From positions 1-39,878 of the forward strand of contig JBMFLH010000006.1 in the NCBI GenBank assembly GCA_049971295.1: a stretch of 39,878 bases of DNA, read 5' to 3'. The notes below the pieces were generated by a model, which saw only the letters and a program-made list of their open reading frames with translations, did no database searches and had not been told where the DNA came from. Position numbers and translations under genes: made by a program. Shown piece after piece: positions 26,605 to 37,444 of this stretch; position 1 is the first letter of the stretch; each line of letters starts with the position of its first letter. This DNA comes from Candidatus Ratteibacteria bacterium (GTDB taxonomy: Bacteria > Ratteibacteria > UBA8468 > B48-G9 > DTJG01).

Positions 26605-28604
26605 TCAGTCCTTGTACCACAGGTTATGAAATCTGAGGTTTGTGGCGTCTTTCAATAGTTTTATTACATGAATCAGACCTCGCCTGTCATCAGTTGAACC
26701 AAGAATGTGTCTATATAAAATTCCGCGCCAGGTTTTATATGTTGAAAGAAGTGGAGAATTAAAGAGTTTCTGGATCCTATCATCAATTTTTGCATGTTGT
26801 GCGACAAGTGTAAAACAGGCATCAATATTATCCTGTTTTAAGTAATATTCAATCTTTTTCTCAATTTCTCTCGTCTGCCAGAATAGATGTCCGAATTCAA
26901 GAAGAACCTTCTGATCTTTGATTCGTTTCTTTATTTTTCCCGATGTAGCCAGTTTCATTGCCTGATTGAGTTTTTCTTTGCATATCCTGTATGTACGGTC
27001 ATCAAAAACCTGAAGTATCTCTGGGATACCCATTCCAATCTTACATTTCTTGCAGAATTTTCAAGTGTTTCATAATATTCAAACATTGGTGTGGCTGCCT
27101 CCCTGTAAAGGGCAAGGCAATATTCTCCTGCAAGTTTTTCCCATGTTTGATTTTCGTCCCATGTGAATCGGTTTGCCACATAAAGAGACAATCCATAGGA
27201 TGTCCATATCACAGGAGAATTGAACCATTGAGAACCATATCCTTCAAATCCCTGCTGTTTTAGAAATTTTATAGTTCTTACAGTTCCTTTGCTCACAGGA
27301 AACAGCATTCCCATTGAGCCAAGTGTACTTGTCAGATAGTCGTAATACCTGAATATTCCTTTTGTGTGTGTTCTCCATTTTTTGAAAATTTCAGGATAGA
27401 TTGTGTATTTTTTTGCGTCTTTTTCATATGTTGAAACCGTTGTTTGTGCAAGTGTTTTCCTTAATTCTTCTTCTGAAGGAGGGTCATCAAGAGCCCTGTC
27501 CCACTTTCTTTCATAAATACAGAAGAGCACATCAAGATTTGAAGGAAGCTCACAGTCAAAGTTATCAGGAAGTTCTGTATGACCATTGTAACTACCCACT
27601 TCAATTCTGACATCAGGAAATTCTTTCGCCACCTGTTTTGCAATCTCTGCTGCAAAAAGGACATAGTTTTTTGTGTATTGCAATTGATTTGTTGTTATTC
27701 CCTGCCAGGGTTCTTCCTGCTTTTTGCAACTGTCGCAAAAGCAGGGCGGCTGACCATCATTCGGAAAAAATGTAAATCTTTTTACATAAGGGTGGCGTCT
27801 GAAAAAATTCAAAAAGTACTCAATAAAAATTTTTTTTACTTCAGGATGTGTCCAGCAAATACCAAAAGAGTCTCTACCATCTTTCATTTTATGTAAGGCA
27901 TCTGGCTTTTGTGCCGGGTTATATGCAAAATATTCAGGATGCTGCTCGAAATACTTGCTGGGTGGCATAATGGATTCGCATGCATGGCCTCCTATTGATA
28001 GGCCTGATTCTCCTCGTATTTCAACTGCCTGATGAGCCCAGATTTTTCCTTTTCCTTCAGAAAGGAGTTCTCTTTCTCCCTGAAATTCCGGGGTTTTATC
28101 TTCTTGAGGTGGCACAGAATGACTTAAACCGATTTTTGCGCACCATTCAACCATCTTTTCATCTCCATCACCAAGCACATATCGACTTTTCATAAATGGC
28201 TGGTGATAAAAGCGTCTTTCTGAAATTTCTATCGTGGGTTTTTCAGGCACAAACTCAATCTCTGGCTGGGCAAAGACGCAACCAAGTTCTCTATTGAGAA
28301 AATCATATATGCCAAGTAAGGTGCCACGACTGTCTCCGCCGATGAAAAACAAACGATTGTTATCAACAAACCTCATTATTGATTCGGGTTCCATGTTTTT
28401 TGTTTCTTCAAAGCCAATATGACTTTTTTCAGCAATGCATATGGCAGGACCATTGTCAGGCAGCCCTCTGACAATTTTGAATTTTGCACCAGAAATTTTT
28501 TTCAGGTATTTTTGAAGTTGTTTTGCAGAATGGATTTCAACAGGAAATGGTTTTTCTGGAATATGGATATTGCAGAGTGCGATACCGTCTTCAACGATTT
28601 TCAT
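26605..28604 (-). pseudogene. DUF4838-type protein without signal peptide, frameshifted near 27037; possibly an assembly error
   Basis: MKIVEDG...SAKQLQKYLKKISGA, RGTLLGIYDFL..ELGC, HPEYFA, ICWTHPEV, PNDGQPPCFCDSC. Adding one T gives RNVRFGMGIPEILQVF and joins the 549-aa and 142-aa ORFs. Confidence 0.75.
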
Positions 28605-29682
28605 ATTTCTCCTTTTGTTTCAGAAGATAGAACAGATAACCAGTTTCTTTGTCAAACATCATCTGGTAAAACACCTGCTGGAATCTATTGCCATTTTTAA
28701 GAAATGGCTTTTTCACCTTCCCCATCAGATAACTGAGAATCTGGACATTCTCACAACCTGCATTGATATAATCAACGATATCTTTTCCAGTATAAATACC
28801 ACCTGTTCCTGAAATGCTGGCATCTGGATGTAGGTGATGAACTTTCCTGATTTGAACAAGGTTTCTTTTGCGAAGTTCAATGCCGCCATGAGCACAGCCA
28901 TATTCTGTTTTGTAAATTCGATTTGCGATAATTACGCCATCAGCCCCTCCACCAAGAGAAGATTCAACCATTTTTATCTGAAACTCAAGTCCGTAATCAA
29001 GGTTCATAATTTTCGGGAAAACATTGATATCCTTGAAAATTTTCTTTATCATCACAGGTATTTCTTTATACCATCGTAAAACCGTCCTCTGATTCATTAA
29101 CTCGTCTTGTTCTTTCAAAAATGGGCAGAAGTCAATTTCAAATATTCTATATCCAATTTTGTACAGGGCTTCAGTCGTGTAAATCCATTCGTCTTCATTG
29201 AAATCACTATCAAAAGATGGAAGATGTCCCAGTATAGAAGCAGCGACAAGAAAATCAGAAGAATTGAACTTTATTGCATCAAGCGCAAAATTCAGATAAT
29301 CATCAAGATTTCTTACATCAAGCCCCCCATCCCAGTGAATGATCGGATAACGACCTTCTGTATCTTCATTGTCATAAACTGTTTCAACATAGGTGGGTTT
29401 TTTTCGTAGTTTTATCATTGAACAATGTCCTTTTTCATCCTCCGCCACAACAGACTTCAATACGCATCCCGCAAAGCCAGCTTCTTTGATTCTTTCAATC
29501 TGAGAGATAGAAGTTGTCATCTGCCCAGGAGCGACAATGAGACAATTCTTTAATTGATGTTTGCCATATCTGGCTTTGATATCAATCTGTAATTGGTCCA
29601 GAACGATTAAGTCAAAATTTTCAGGGATTGGATGAAAAAGAAAGTGTTGTGCAAGTTGATTGAGACGCAATGAGAAGCTCAT
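28591..29682 (-). CDS. Dihydroorotate/dihydropyrimidine dehydrogenase-fold FMN protein of unknown substrate
   Basis: LKNCLIVAPG, AGFAGCVLKSV, EIDFCP, FPKI, GADGVIIAN, ISGTGGIYTGKDIVDYINAGCENVQI. Confidence 0.75.
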   Translation of the reverse strand: MSFSLRLNQLAQHFLFHPIPENFDLIVLDQLQIDIKARYGKHQLKNCLIVAPGQMTTSISQIERIKEAGFAGCVLKSVVAEDEKGHCSMIKLRKKPTYVETVYDNEDTEGRYPIIHWDGGLDVRNLDDYLNFALDAIKFNSSDFLVAASILGHLPSFDSDFNEDEWIYTTEALYKIGYRIFEIDFCPFLKEQDELMNQRTVLRWYKEIPVMIKKIFKDINVFPKIMNLDYGLEFQIKMVESSLGGGADGVIIANRIYKTEYGCAHGGIELRKRNLVQIRKVHHLHPDASISGTGGIYTGKDIVDYINAGCENVQILSYLMGKVKKPFLKNGNRFQQVFYQMMFDKETGYLFYLLKQKEKYENR

Positions 29683-30590
29683 AAAGAAATCCTGACAAGA
29701 ATTTTTGAAAGCAATTGCTTTTCAATTTTATCAATTTCCAGTAGTGGTTGATGAACATACGCATGCCTGAAAATGCCCTGCCTTACGAGCACATATTTCA
29801 TTCGCGTTCTGTAATCCCTCACTGGAGAAGAAAAACAAAAATCGCACAATTCCTTGATAGGTGCAAATTTTTCAATTGCCTGATTGTATTGGCCAGAAAT
29901 CGCAAGATTGATTGCTTCTGCCTGTAGATCTGTAAAAACCGAACCAAACCCAATGAGTGCACCATCAGCACCAAGGATGAACGATTCAATAATGAAGTTG
30001 TCATTGCCTGTAAGAAGTGAAATTCTTTTTGGAAGTGAATGTAAAAGTGTATGCATCTTCCTGAATTTCAGTGCATCAAAACTTGCTTCTTTTATTGCAA
30101 CCACACTGTCAATCTGGACAAGTTCTTCGATGGTTTAATCTGAATAAAAAACCCCTCCGAGATCTTCCTGCAATTGAAAAAGAATGAGCGGAACCCCAAT
30201 TTTTGAAAGAGCCTTGTGATACTCAATGGTTGCCTTATCTTTTCCTTCTGAACCCCTAAATGCAAAATGGGGAAACACAAGGAAATAGTCAGCGCCCAGA
30301 TCCTTATACCTTTTCCCGTATTCAAGTGCCTGTTGTGTTGTTGGAGCGCCAAGCCCGCACACCACAGGAATATTTTTTAAGTACTTCTTTGTAATTGTAA
30401 GAATTTCTTCTCTTTTTTCCTGCGAAAGGAATGCGCCCTCGCCTGAATCGGTATTAACAGCAATTGCAGCGATTTTAGCAGGAACAATATACTGCTGCAG
30501 GTATTTTTCAAGTACATCTTGCTCGATTTCCATTTTTTCGTCAAATGGAATTACAATTGCCGGAATCAGTCCGTGTAATTTTTTGTCCAT
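29679..30590 (-). pseudogene. DapA/NanA-family aldolase or dehydratase with one in-frame TAA (codon 152); possibly intact
   Basis: The 151-aa and 141-aa ORFs share a frame: GGVFYSD*TIEELVQIDSVVAIKEAS, TAA at 30137-30135. Motifs GLIPAIVIPF, SGEG..LS.E.R, LTGND, GADGALIG; 303 codons in total. Confidence 0.85.
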
Positions 30591-30603
30591 ACCACCTCCA
30601 GAT

Positions 30604-31416
30604 TTAAATTTGTTTCAATGCATCGTGGAGAAACACGATATCCTGCTGAAACTTTAATTCTGAAGGTCTTTTATCAAGGGCTTCAAGGGAAATAAATCCC
30701 AGGAAGTTTGCCTTTTGAAGTGCTTTAATAATTGCAGGCCAGTCAAGGTCCCCTTCTTCAAGAGAGCCAAATTCCATTTTGTATTTTCTTCCTGAAATTG
30801 CGCCTTCACGAATTTCCATCTGTTTGCAGTTTTTCGCGTGAACATGCGCAAGATATTTCCCGCAGACACTGATAAAATATTCAGGTCTTGTAAAACCTTC
30901 AACCGCAGAATTTCCAGGATCAAAAATTATTCCAAAGTGCTTTTCAGGAAGTCCATCCACCAGTTGCCTGCATGCATTGGGAGTACAGCAGATATTGTAG
31001 TGATGTTGTTCAATATTCAACCTGACGTCAAACTTTTCTGCCTCTGGCAGGACAGTTTTTTCAAGCCATGTTCTCTGTTTTTTCATTAATTCTTCAACGG
31101 ATTCATTCCCATCAAATACATGACTGTGACACCTGACATTTCTTGTTTTCAGGATGCATGCTGCCTCAAAAATTCTGCTGATATAGTCAGATGTTTCATT
31201 AAAGTTGAAATAAGGAGCAAGTCCCGCGCACTCAAGACCTGAGCCATCCATCATTTTTGAAACATTCATGGCAGAATTTTTTAAATCTGTGAGGTCTATG
31301 TGAGCTTTTTCTCTGCACCACCATTCAATTCCATCACATTGATATTTTTTTGCCAGTTCAATGACTTCCTGAGCTTTTTTATCAGACGCAGACAGAGAAT
31401 ACACAGAAATCTTCAT
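30604..31416 (-). CDS. Sugar phosphate isomerase/epimerase (xylose isomerase-like TIM barrel)
   Basis: DGIEW, LNIEQH, IIFDPGN, HVHAKN, GDLDW, GFISLE metal-ligand pattern. Confidence 0.9.
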   Translation of the reverse strand: MKISVYSLSASDKKAQEVIELAKKYQCDGIEWWCREKAHIDLTDLKNSAMNVSKMMDGSGLECAGLAPYFNFNETSDYISRIFEAACILKTRNVRCHSHVFDGNESVEELMKKQRTWLEKTVLPEAEKFDVRLNIEQHHYNICCTPNACRQLVDGLPEKHFGIIFDPGNSAVEGFTRPEYFISVCGKYLAHVHAKNCKQMEIREGAISGRKYKMEFGSLEEGDLDWPAIIKALQKANFLGFISLEALDKRPSELKFQQDIVFLHDALKQI

Positions 31417-31445
31417 CTTTTTTCCCTTTTAAAATATTGTTATGT

Positions 31446-31488
31446 CACCCTCTCCTATCCCAGTGAGGGAGAAGGGGGTGCGGGGCAC
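31446..31488 (-). promoter_or_regulatory. GC-rich hairpin element in the leader of the epimerase operon
   Basis: CACCC/GGGTG and TCTCC/GGAGA arms (31446-31480), with an overlapping GTGC-GGG-GCAC mini-hairpin (31478-31488), in an AT-rich background. Confidence 0.45.
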
Positions 31489-31518
31489 TCTTTTATGGCA
31501 TTACCAGAATTCGCTTTT

Positions 31519-31547
31519 ATTATACAAAAAATACTTTACAAAAACAA
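31519..31547 (-). promoter_or_regulatory. Putative sigma70 promoter of the epimerase operon
   Basis: Minus strand TTGTTT (31547-31542), 17 nt, TATAAT (31524-31519). Confidence 0.5.
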
Positions 31548-34500
31548 CCCTTCTATTGTGCCAATAAAATTTTCTTTTAGACGAAAATAAAAATTGTCCC
31601 AGTCAGAGGCATATTGATAAAGCGCGCTTTGAGCAATTTTCTTTGTGATCATAGCATCAAGGTATGGTCTCATTTCATGTTTGTTTAAAATCTGCATAAT
31701 TCTTTTTATCCCGAGTATTTTCACAAGGTTTTCAGGAACATAAATGGATACAATTTTCTCAATCAGGGCAGTATATTTTTTCAACTTATTCAGTTTTGTA
31801 TAAAGATACTCCTGCAATTGCAAGAGCATTTCACTTGTTTCCATGCTTAATACATGCAAAGGCTTTCCTGTTTTTTCGCCAAGTTCAAGCAGCATCTTTG
31901 TTTCAGCAATTGCGTTTCTTTCAATCATCGAAAATACTGACTTTACAAGTTCAATTTTGTTTTTTTGATGTTTCACAAGGATTTCTTCGTACCTGTTTCC
32001 AAGAAGAAAAGAAGGCAAAACTTCAGCAAGTGAACTGCTTGTCACTCCTCCCTTGTTTGCTGAACAATCCCTGATTTGTAAAATTCCCATTTTATGAATA
32101 ACATCTCTTGCTGTGTCATCAAAAAAGACATTGGCGCCTTCTACAATAATTTTTAATTCAGAAAACAACTGCAGAAATTTTTCAACATTGCCAGCATTGA
32201 TGGTTGCCCTGAATCCACCACACGGTATAAAAACATTGATATTTGCCCTCTGTATGTACTTTCTCATTTCTGTATTGGAAAGAAAGTTTCTGTGAAAGAA
32301 TGTTCCATCTTCAACGATAGTGCTGTCAGGCAATACGAATTTTTGTTTTACTCGCGGGACTTTAAAACCCTGTGGACTGAGTTTTTCATCCGGATACGCA
32401 AGAGTGTTTTGTCTTGGATTTGTGTGCCTTGCCAGCGCAATTTTCATCAGTTCCTTTCTATCCAGTCCCATGGGGTCAAAGAGCACGCTTCCGCTATCAA
32501 TGATAAGTTTAATTTTTCCTTTATACGACTGAATCTGATTTGCGCCAAGATCTCCATCAGGACCACCTGTCATCATCAATGATGTTTCCTCTTCTTTCAT
32601 TCCAGCATGATTCAATACAGTCCGCAGACATGCCATAATACCTGTGGTTGTCATTCCACTGGAATAAATATTTTCACCAATCTTTCTGTAGATTTCCTCA
32701 GTGTTTTTTGTGGTGATAATTGTTTTTCCTTCAATTTGAAGTTCTGTCCCAGTCTCTTTTGGAAAAAGTCCAAAAACCTTTTTATCCTGTGTCTGACCAT
32801 ACGCATCGTGTGGGATGCCTGTTGATTTTCCTGTGGTTATTGTTCTCCAGTATTTATACTTTCGTGTTTTTGCAAGATATGCTATATCGTCCATCAATGA
32901 ACCTGTCCCCTCATCAGGACCAAAGAAAACCATTTCTGGCTTTCCATAATAATCCACAATTTCTTCTGAAGCGATCACAAGGTCAAGTATGCCATTGGCA
33001 AAATCAAGCACAGAATTCAGTCCCTCCACAGCATAGTCTGGATATGGAACAATCACTGACTTTGCTCCACTTTCGGCAATGTCTTTGTGCTTTAATCTCT
33101 GCGCCACTGGTCCCAGCTCATAATTCAATAGTGGCATGTAATCCAGTTCTGTCTCATAGTTGTTTTTTGTCACCCTGATCAATCTAACGCCACCACGAGA
33201 GATTTCTTCAGCTCTCATCATTGTGCCGATGGCGTAAAATCCTATCACGAAAAACGCACTTTCCACCTTTTTCTGAAAGACCACAGGATCAAGAATATTG
33301 CCAGTAAATTTAAAAGCAAAGGAACGTTTGATAATCTGATAGAAATTCGTTTTCAGGGTTTCAGTGACAATCTTGCTCATGAACAGAAATATGTCTGCGG
33401 TGGTGCTATCGTCCGCAAAAGTAATTTTCACCTGTCTTTCGTAGTCCTCAATCTGATGCAAAATTTTTTCCAAACTCTTTTCAGGTTGAGCCGGATTAAA
33501 TCTCTGATCAAATATTGTAAAAATTCTTTTTACAAAATCAGGTTTCTGTTTGATTGCTGATTTGATGACAGACCTGCTGTATTCAGCCCTGTTCGATTCA
33601 AAGATCCTTCTTGCAAATGCATCTTTCATTTCTTTTTCTGAAAAAGATTCCATGATATTTCTGTCCACTGGATCTGTTTTGTGAATAAAGGTGTGAACAA
33701 AAATAGAAGCAACAATCGCAAAAAGATACTCAAAGAAACTTAATTGTCCACCAGTGTAAAGTTCGTCAAGTTCAGACGGCTGGATTGCCAATAAAAAATG
33801 CAACCTGTTTATTGCTGTCTGAATCTTTTCTGAAGAAATACCACCTTCAACGTAAAGAGAACAAATGGATTCAATTCTTCCTGTTTTGCCCCTATATGTC
33901 TCCCAGTATGCGCGGTTCAACGTAATACCAATTTCTTCAAGCATCTTTCTGACAGTGGGAAGCACAGAGATTGAGAAGTCCTCTTTGAACATTATACGGA
34001 TTTCACCTGTGTTGTTTGATTTTGAAACAAAGATGATGGGAACAAAACTTTTTTCGGCCTTTTTTAGAAATTTTTCATATCTTTTTTTTGTCACTTCTGG
34101 CACAGGCAATCCGGAAACGATTTCATTGAACGCAAAAGGGGATTGTCCTGGTTTTATATCTTTCAATTCCTTGCATTTTTCGGGTCTGATGATGTATGTG
34201 TAGTAGTGATGTTCTTTTCCATAATAGTACTCAATCCTGTTTCCTGACATTACCGGATTTAATATTTTTTCCATCCTGTCGCGGTTTTCTGCTGTGGCAA
34301 TCCTTACCTGCACTCCACCTTCCACTGTAAATGGAACTTCTGAAACTTCGCTTCGCAATACATAGGAATTGCCTTCTTTTTCTAAATTACTTGCGATGGT
34401 TTTTAAAACTGTTTTTAAGGAGTCCTTTGAAAGTCCTTTAAAAAAATATTCTGGAAGTCCAAGGTCACTGAGCAAGATACCCGCAGCAGCATTGATGCAG

Positions 34501-34625
34501 GAAGCAGTTAACAGTCCTTCTTCTGCAAGTTCAATCACACACTCGTAAAGCAAACTTGCGTCAAGCCCGCACTTTTTCGCCTTTTCAATAATTGAACTGA
34601 TTTCAGTTTGATTTGTATTTTTCAT
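31536..34625 (-). CDS. Large NAD-specific glutamate dehydrogenase (~1030 aa class)
   Basis: LKTNFY, SRGGVRL, KHKDIAESGAK, FFGPDEGT, TTGK, TGGPDGDLGANQI, FIPCGG, IVEGANVF, SANKGGVTSSS. Confidence 0.88.
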   Translation of the reverse strand: MKNTNQTEISSIIEKAKKCGLDASLLYECVIELAEEGLLTASCINAAAGILLSDLGLPEYFFKGLSKDSLKTVLKTIASNLEKEGNSYVLRSEVSEVPFTVEGGVQVRIATAENRDRMEKILNPVMSGNRIEYYYGKEHHYYTYIIRPEKCKELKDIKPGQSPFAFNEIVSGLPVPEVTKKRYEKFLKKAEKSFVPIIFVSKSNNTGEIRIMFKEDFSISVLPTVRKMLEEIGITLNRAYWETYRGKTGRIESICSLYVEGGISSEKIQTAINRLHFLLAIQPSELDELYTGGQLSFFEYLFAIVASIFVHTFIHKTDPVDRNIMESFSEKEMKDAFARRIFESNRAEYSRSVIKSAIKQKPDFVKRIFTIFDQRFNPAQPEKSLEKILHQIEDYERQVKITFADDSTTADIFLFMSKIVTETLKTNFYQIIKRSFAFKFTGNILDPVVFQKKVESAFFVIGFYAIGTMMRAEEISRGGVRLIRVTKNNYETELDYMPLLNYELGPVAQRLKHKDIAESGAKSVIVPYPDYAVEGLNSVLDFANGILDLVIASEEIVDYYGKPEMVFFGPDEGTGSLMDDIAYLAKTRKYKYWRTITTGKSTGIPHDAYGQTQDKKVFGLFPKETGTELQIEGKTIITTKNTEEIYRKIGENIYSSGMTTTGIMACLRTVLNHAGMKEEETSLMMTGGPDGDLGANQIQSYKGKIKLIIDSGSVLFDPMGLDRKELMKIALARHTNPRQNTLAYPDEKLSPQGFKVPRVKQKFVLPDSTIVEDGTFFHRNFLSNTEMRKYIQRANINVFIPCGGFRATINAGNVEKFLQLFSELKIIVEGANVFFDDTARDVIHKMGILQIRDCSANKGGVTSSSLAEVLPSFLLGNRYEEILVKHQKNKIELVKSVFSMIERNAIAETKMLLELGEKTGKPLHVLSMETSEMLLQLQEYLYTKLNKLKKYTALIEKIVSIYVPENLVKILGIKRIMQILNKHEMRPYLDAMITKKIAQSALYQYASDWDNFYFRLKENFIGTIEGLFL

Positions 34626-34639
34626 AAATATCCTAATTT

Positions 34640-34668
34640 ATCTTACTTTGTTTTAAAAAAACTTTCAA
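34640..34668 (-). promoter_or_regulatory. Putative sigma70 promoter of the glutamate dehydrogenase gene
   Basis: TTGAAA (34668-34663), 17 nt, TAAGAT (34645-34640), then AGGA SD and ATG 34625. Confidence 0.55.
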
Positions 34669-34702
34669 GAAAACCCTTCACTTTCCTTTAAAAAGCGTGT
34701 TT

Positions 34703-34729
34703 TTGACAATACCCAAAAAATGGTAAGAT
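34703..34729 (+). promoter_or_regulatory. Possible promoter of the DUF4838 pair
   Basis: TTGACA (34703-34708) and TGn-TAAGAT (34724-34729). The spacer is only 15 nt and contains an A6 run. Confidence 0.35.
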
Positions 34730-34746
34730 ATGATTAGCCGAAAGGA

Positions 34747-37433
34747 ATGGCAATGCATAAATTCAACATTTACCGGACAGGGGTTTTTTTATGTTTGCTT
34801 GCCGGGGTTGCACCAGGGATTTCGGCTGCACGCATTGATTCCACAACCCGCAACCATTCTATTAGCCAAGAAACTGTTTTAATTGCAGAAAATGGTGCTG
34901 CAAAACTGCCAATCATTATTTCTGAGAAAGCAAGTAATAACACAAAGGAGCGTGCAATTGAACTTGCTTCATACCTTGAAAGGATTACAGGCGCAAAATT
35001 TGAAGTGAAAACCGGCGCAGCAGGTCCTGGAATCCTGCTGGGGACGATTACAGAATTTCCCACACCTTCAGCATCTGAGGGATTGAAAATCTACGATGTC
35101 TATGACGGCCGCGATGCCTATGCAATCCGTACAGAGTCCGGCAGTGTCAAGTTGCTGGGCGCAACTGACCTGGGTGTTTCCCATGCAATGAGCCGGTTTT
35201 TGACCTTACTTGGCTGTCGCTGGTTCTTTCCGGGGCCGGTGTGGGAGGTAATTCCAAAGATTTCAAAATTGAGTTTCAACATCAATGAAACTGATCGACC
35301 CGAAGTACTGGGGATGAATTTTGGATACGATCTCGGACAACAGTATGAAAAAACAGACCCTGATGCAGGCGAAGCCACAAAGTCCTGGAACAGGAAAAAC
35401 CTTATGGCTACAGGGTTTAAGAGTGCAGCTGGCCATTGTGCTCATGTAATTGTTAACCGTTTTCGCAAGGAGTTTGAGCAACATCCGGAATATCGGGCAC
35501 TGATAGAAGATAAGGACGGAAAGCGTTTCAGAACAGGGACGCAATATTCACCCACAGACCCAAGATGGCAATGGGGGCAACTGTGTGTTTCAAATCCTGA
35601 AGTTGTGAAACTGGCATGCCAGTACGCAGATGAATTTTTTGATAAAAATCCTGACGCTGATATGGTGGGGATGGGTCCTGACGATGGCGGCGACTGGTGC
35701 CTCTGCCCTGAATGCGCTAAACTCGGGGATTACGGTAATCAGGCGTTTTATCTTGCCAACCAGGTTGCAAAACACATTCAGAAAACCCATCCTGGTAAAC
35801 TTGTGGGACTTCTTGCTTACAACTGGCACTGTGACCCTCCGGATTTTCCGCTTGAGCCCAATGTATATGTGGAACTGACTACTACCTTACTTACAAACAC
35901 AAAATTTGGGTTTGACCGTCTTCTGGAAGTATGGCCAAAAAAGGTCAAATACTCCGGACTTTACGATTACTGGGCCGTTTATGACTGGACAAGAGACAAT
36001 ATGCCTGCTGGTCGAACCGGAAATCTTAAGTATGTAGCAGAGAAAATCCCATTTTACATCAAGCATGGTCTTGCCTGTATGCGTGCGGAAAGCGGCAACA
36101 GTTGGGGTGGACAGGGTCCTGGCTATTACCTTGCCATCCACCTGATGTGGAATACATCCGCAGATGTTGAGGCACTGAAAAACGATTTCTACGAAAAAGC
36201 GTTTGGTCCTGCGGCAAAAGAGATGAAGGCATATTACCAGCACACTGATCTGGGCAACGAGCCATTTGTTGGTCCTACCTTTTACCGCATTTGTTGCGAT
36301 TACCTTGAATCCGCTGAGAAGGCTGCAAAAGGTCATCCTGATGTGTTGGCGCGCATTGAACAACTGAAGCAGTATAATGCCTATGTCTACCTGCTGAACA
36401 AGGAACGCGACACGACTCTGCCACCTGAAGAACGCAAGAAATGGGCTTTTGAAACACTCAGATGGAACTATCGCATGCGCAACACATACATGACCTTCTG
36501 GACTTTTTTGCTGGCATGACATCTGCTCAATGGGCAAAAGAATTCAAGGAGGACTCCTGGGATTGGTATAAGAACTACTGGGTACTGAAAAAGCCAGAAC
36601 AAATTCCCTATCGCGATTCCAGCCCGATTACGCCAGAAGAAACCGCCCGCTGGTTTCAGCAGATGAAGAAAGATTACGGCGAAGTTCCGAAAATTACTGA
36701 GATAAGTTTCAGCAAGAAACTTGTTGCGCCCGGGTGGGTTTCAGATACTCCGAATTCTCAGAAGAACAATAAGGTTATTTTTCACGGTCCATTCACGATG
36801 GCTCTTGCCAGTTTAAAAGGTGAGTCATTGCGGTTTTCAATGAACCACGGAACCATGTATCCGAACAGTCCTGCTGGCGATTATGTTCTGACAGATATGT
36901 CAGGCAGGGAAATTACAAGGGGCATAGTGCCGATATGTCCGAAAATCCCGACTGAGATTGAACTGAAGGTGCCTGGTGCAGGTGTCTATTATTTTAAATT
37001 TGATGACCATGGTGGTGGAACGGTCTTTATGCCATCTACTGGTCTGCGCGCGGCTTTTGTGCCTGAAGGACCAAGAGGTTACACTCTACTCTCCCGCATA
37101 TGGTTTTATGTTCCAAAAGACACCACAGAGATTCAATTTGCACCTTCGTGCGGCGGAATAAGATTCGGGATACAGAGTCCTGACGGAAAATGGCTTGAAT
37201 GCAAGGATAGGCCAGACCTTCCTGCCAGAAAAGACGGGCTTAATTTCAGGGCAGACGGCTATTACTATGTGATACCGGTGCCAGCAGGCATGGATGGCAG
37301 AATGTGGGAATTGTCTATGGCTCAGTGTGGTTTCCACATGCGATTTTTCAATATTCCGACAGTCCTGTCTCTGTCTTCAGATGGGCCAATCATTCCAGAA
37401 GAAGTGGCGAAAAAAGATGGACTTTTAAAATAA
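34747..37433 (+). pseudogene. Secreted DUF4838-type protein with C-terminal beta domains, frameshifted near 36500; possibly an assembly error
   Basis: Signal peptide, ELASYLERITGA, LGCRWFFPG..WE, HPEYRA, QLCVSNPEV, PDDGGDWCLCPEC, LAYNWH..PP. One added base at 36500-36509 gives TFW(D/T)FFAGMTSAQW and joins the 590-aa and 323-aa ORFs. Confidence 0.78.
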
Positions 37434-37444
37434 TAGGAGGAGCA

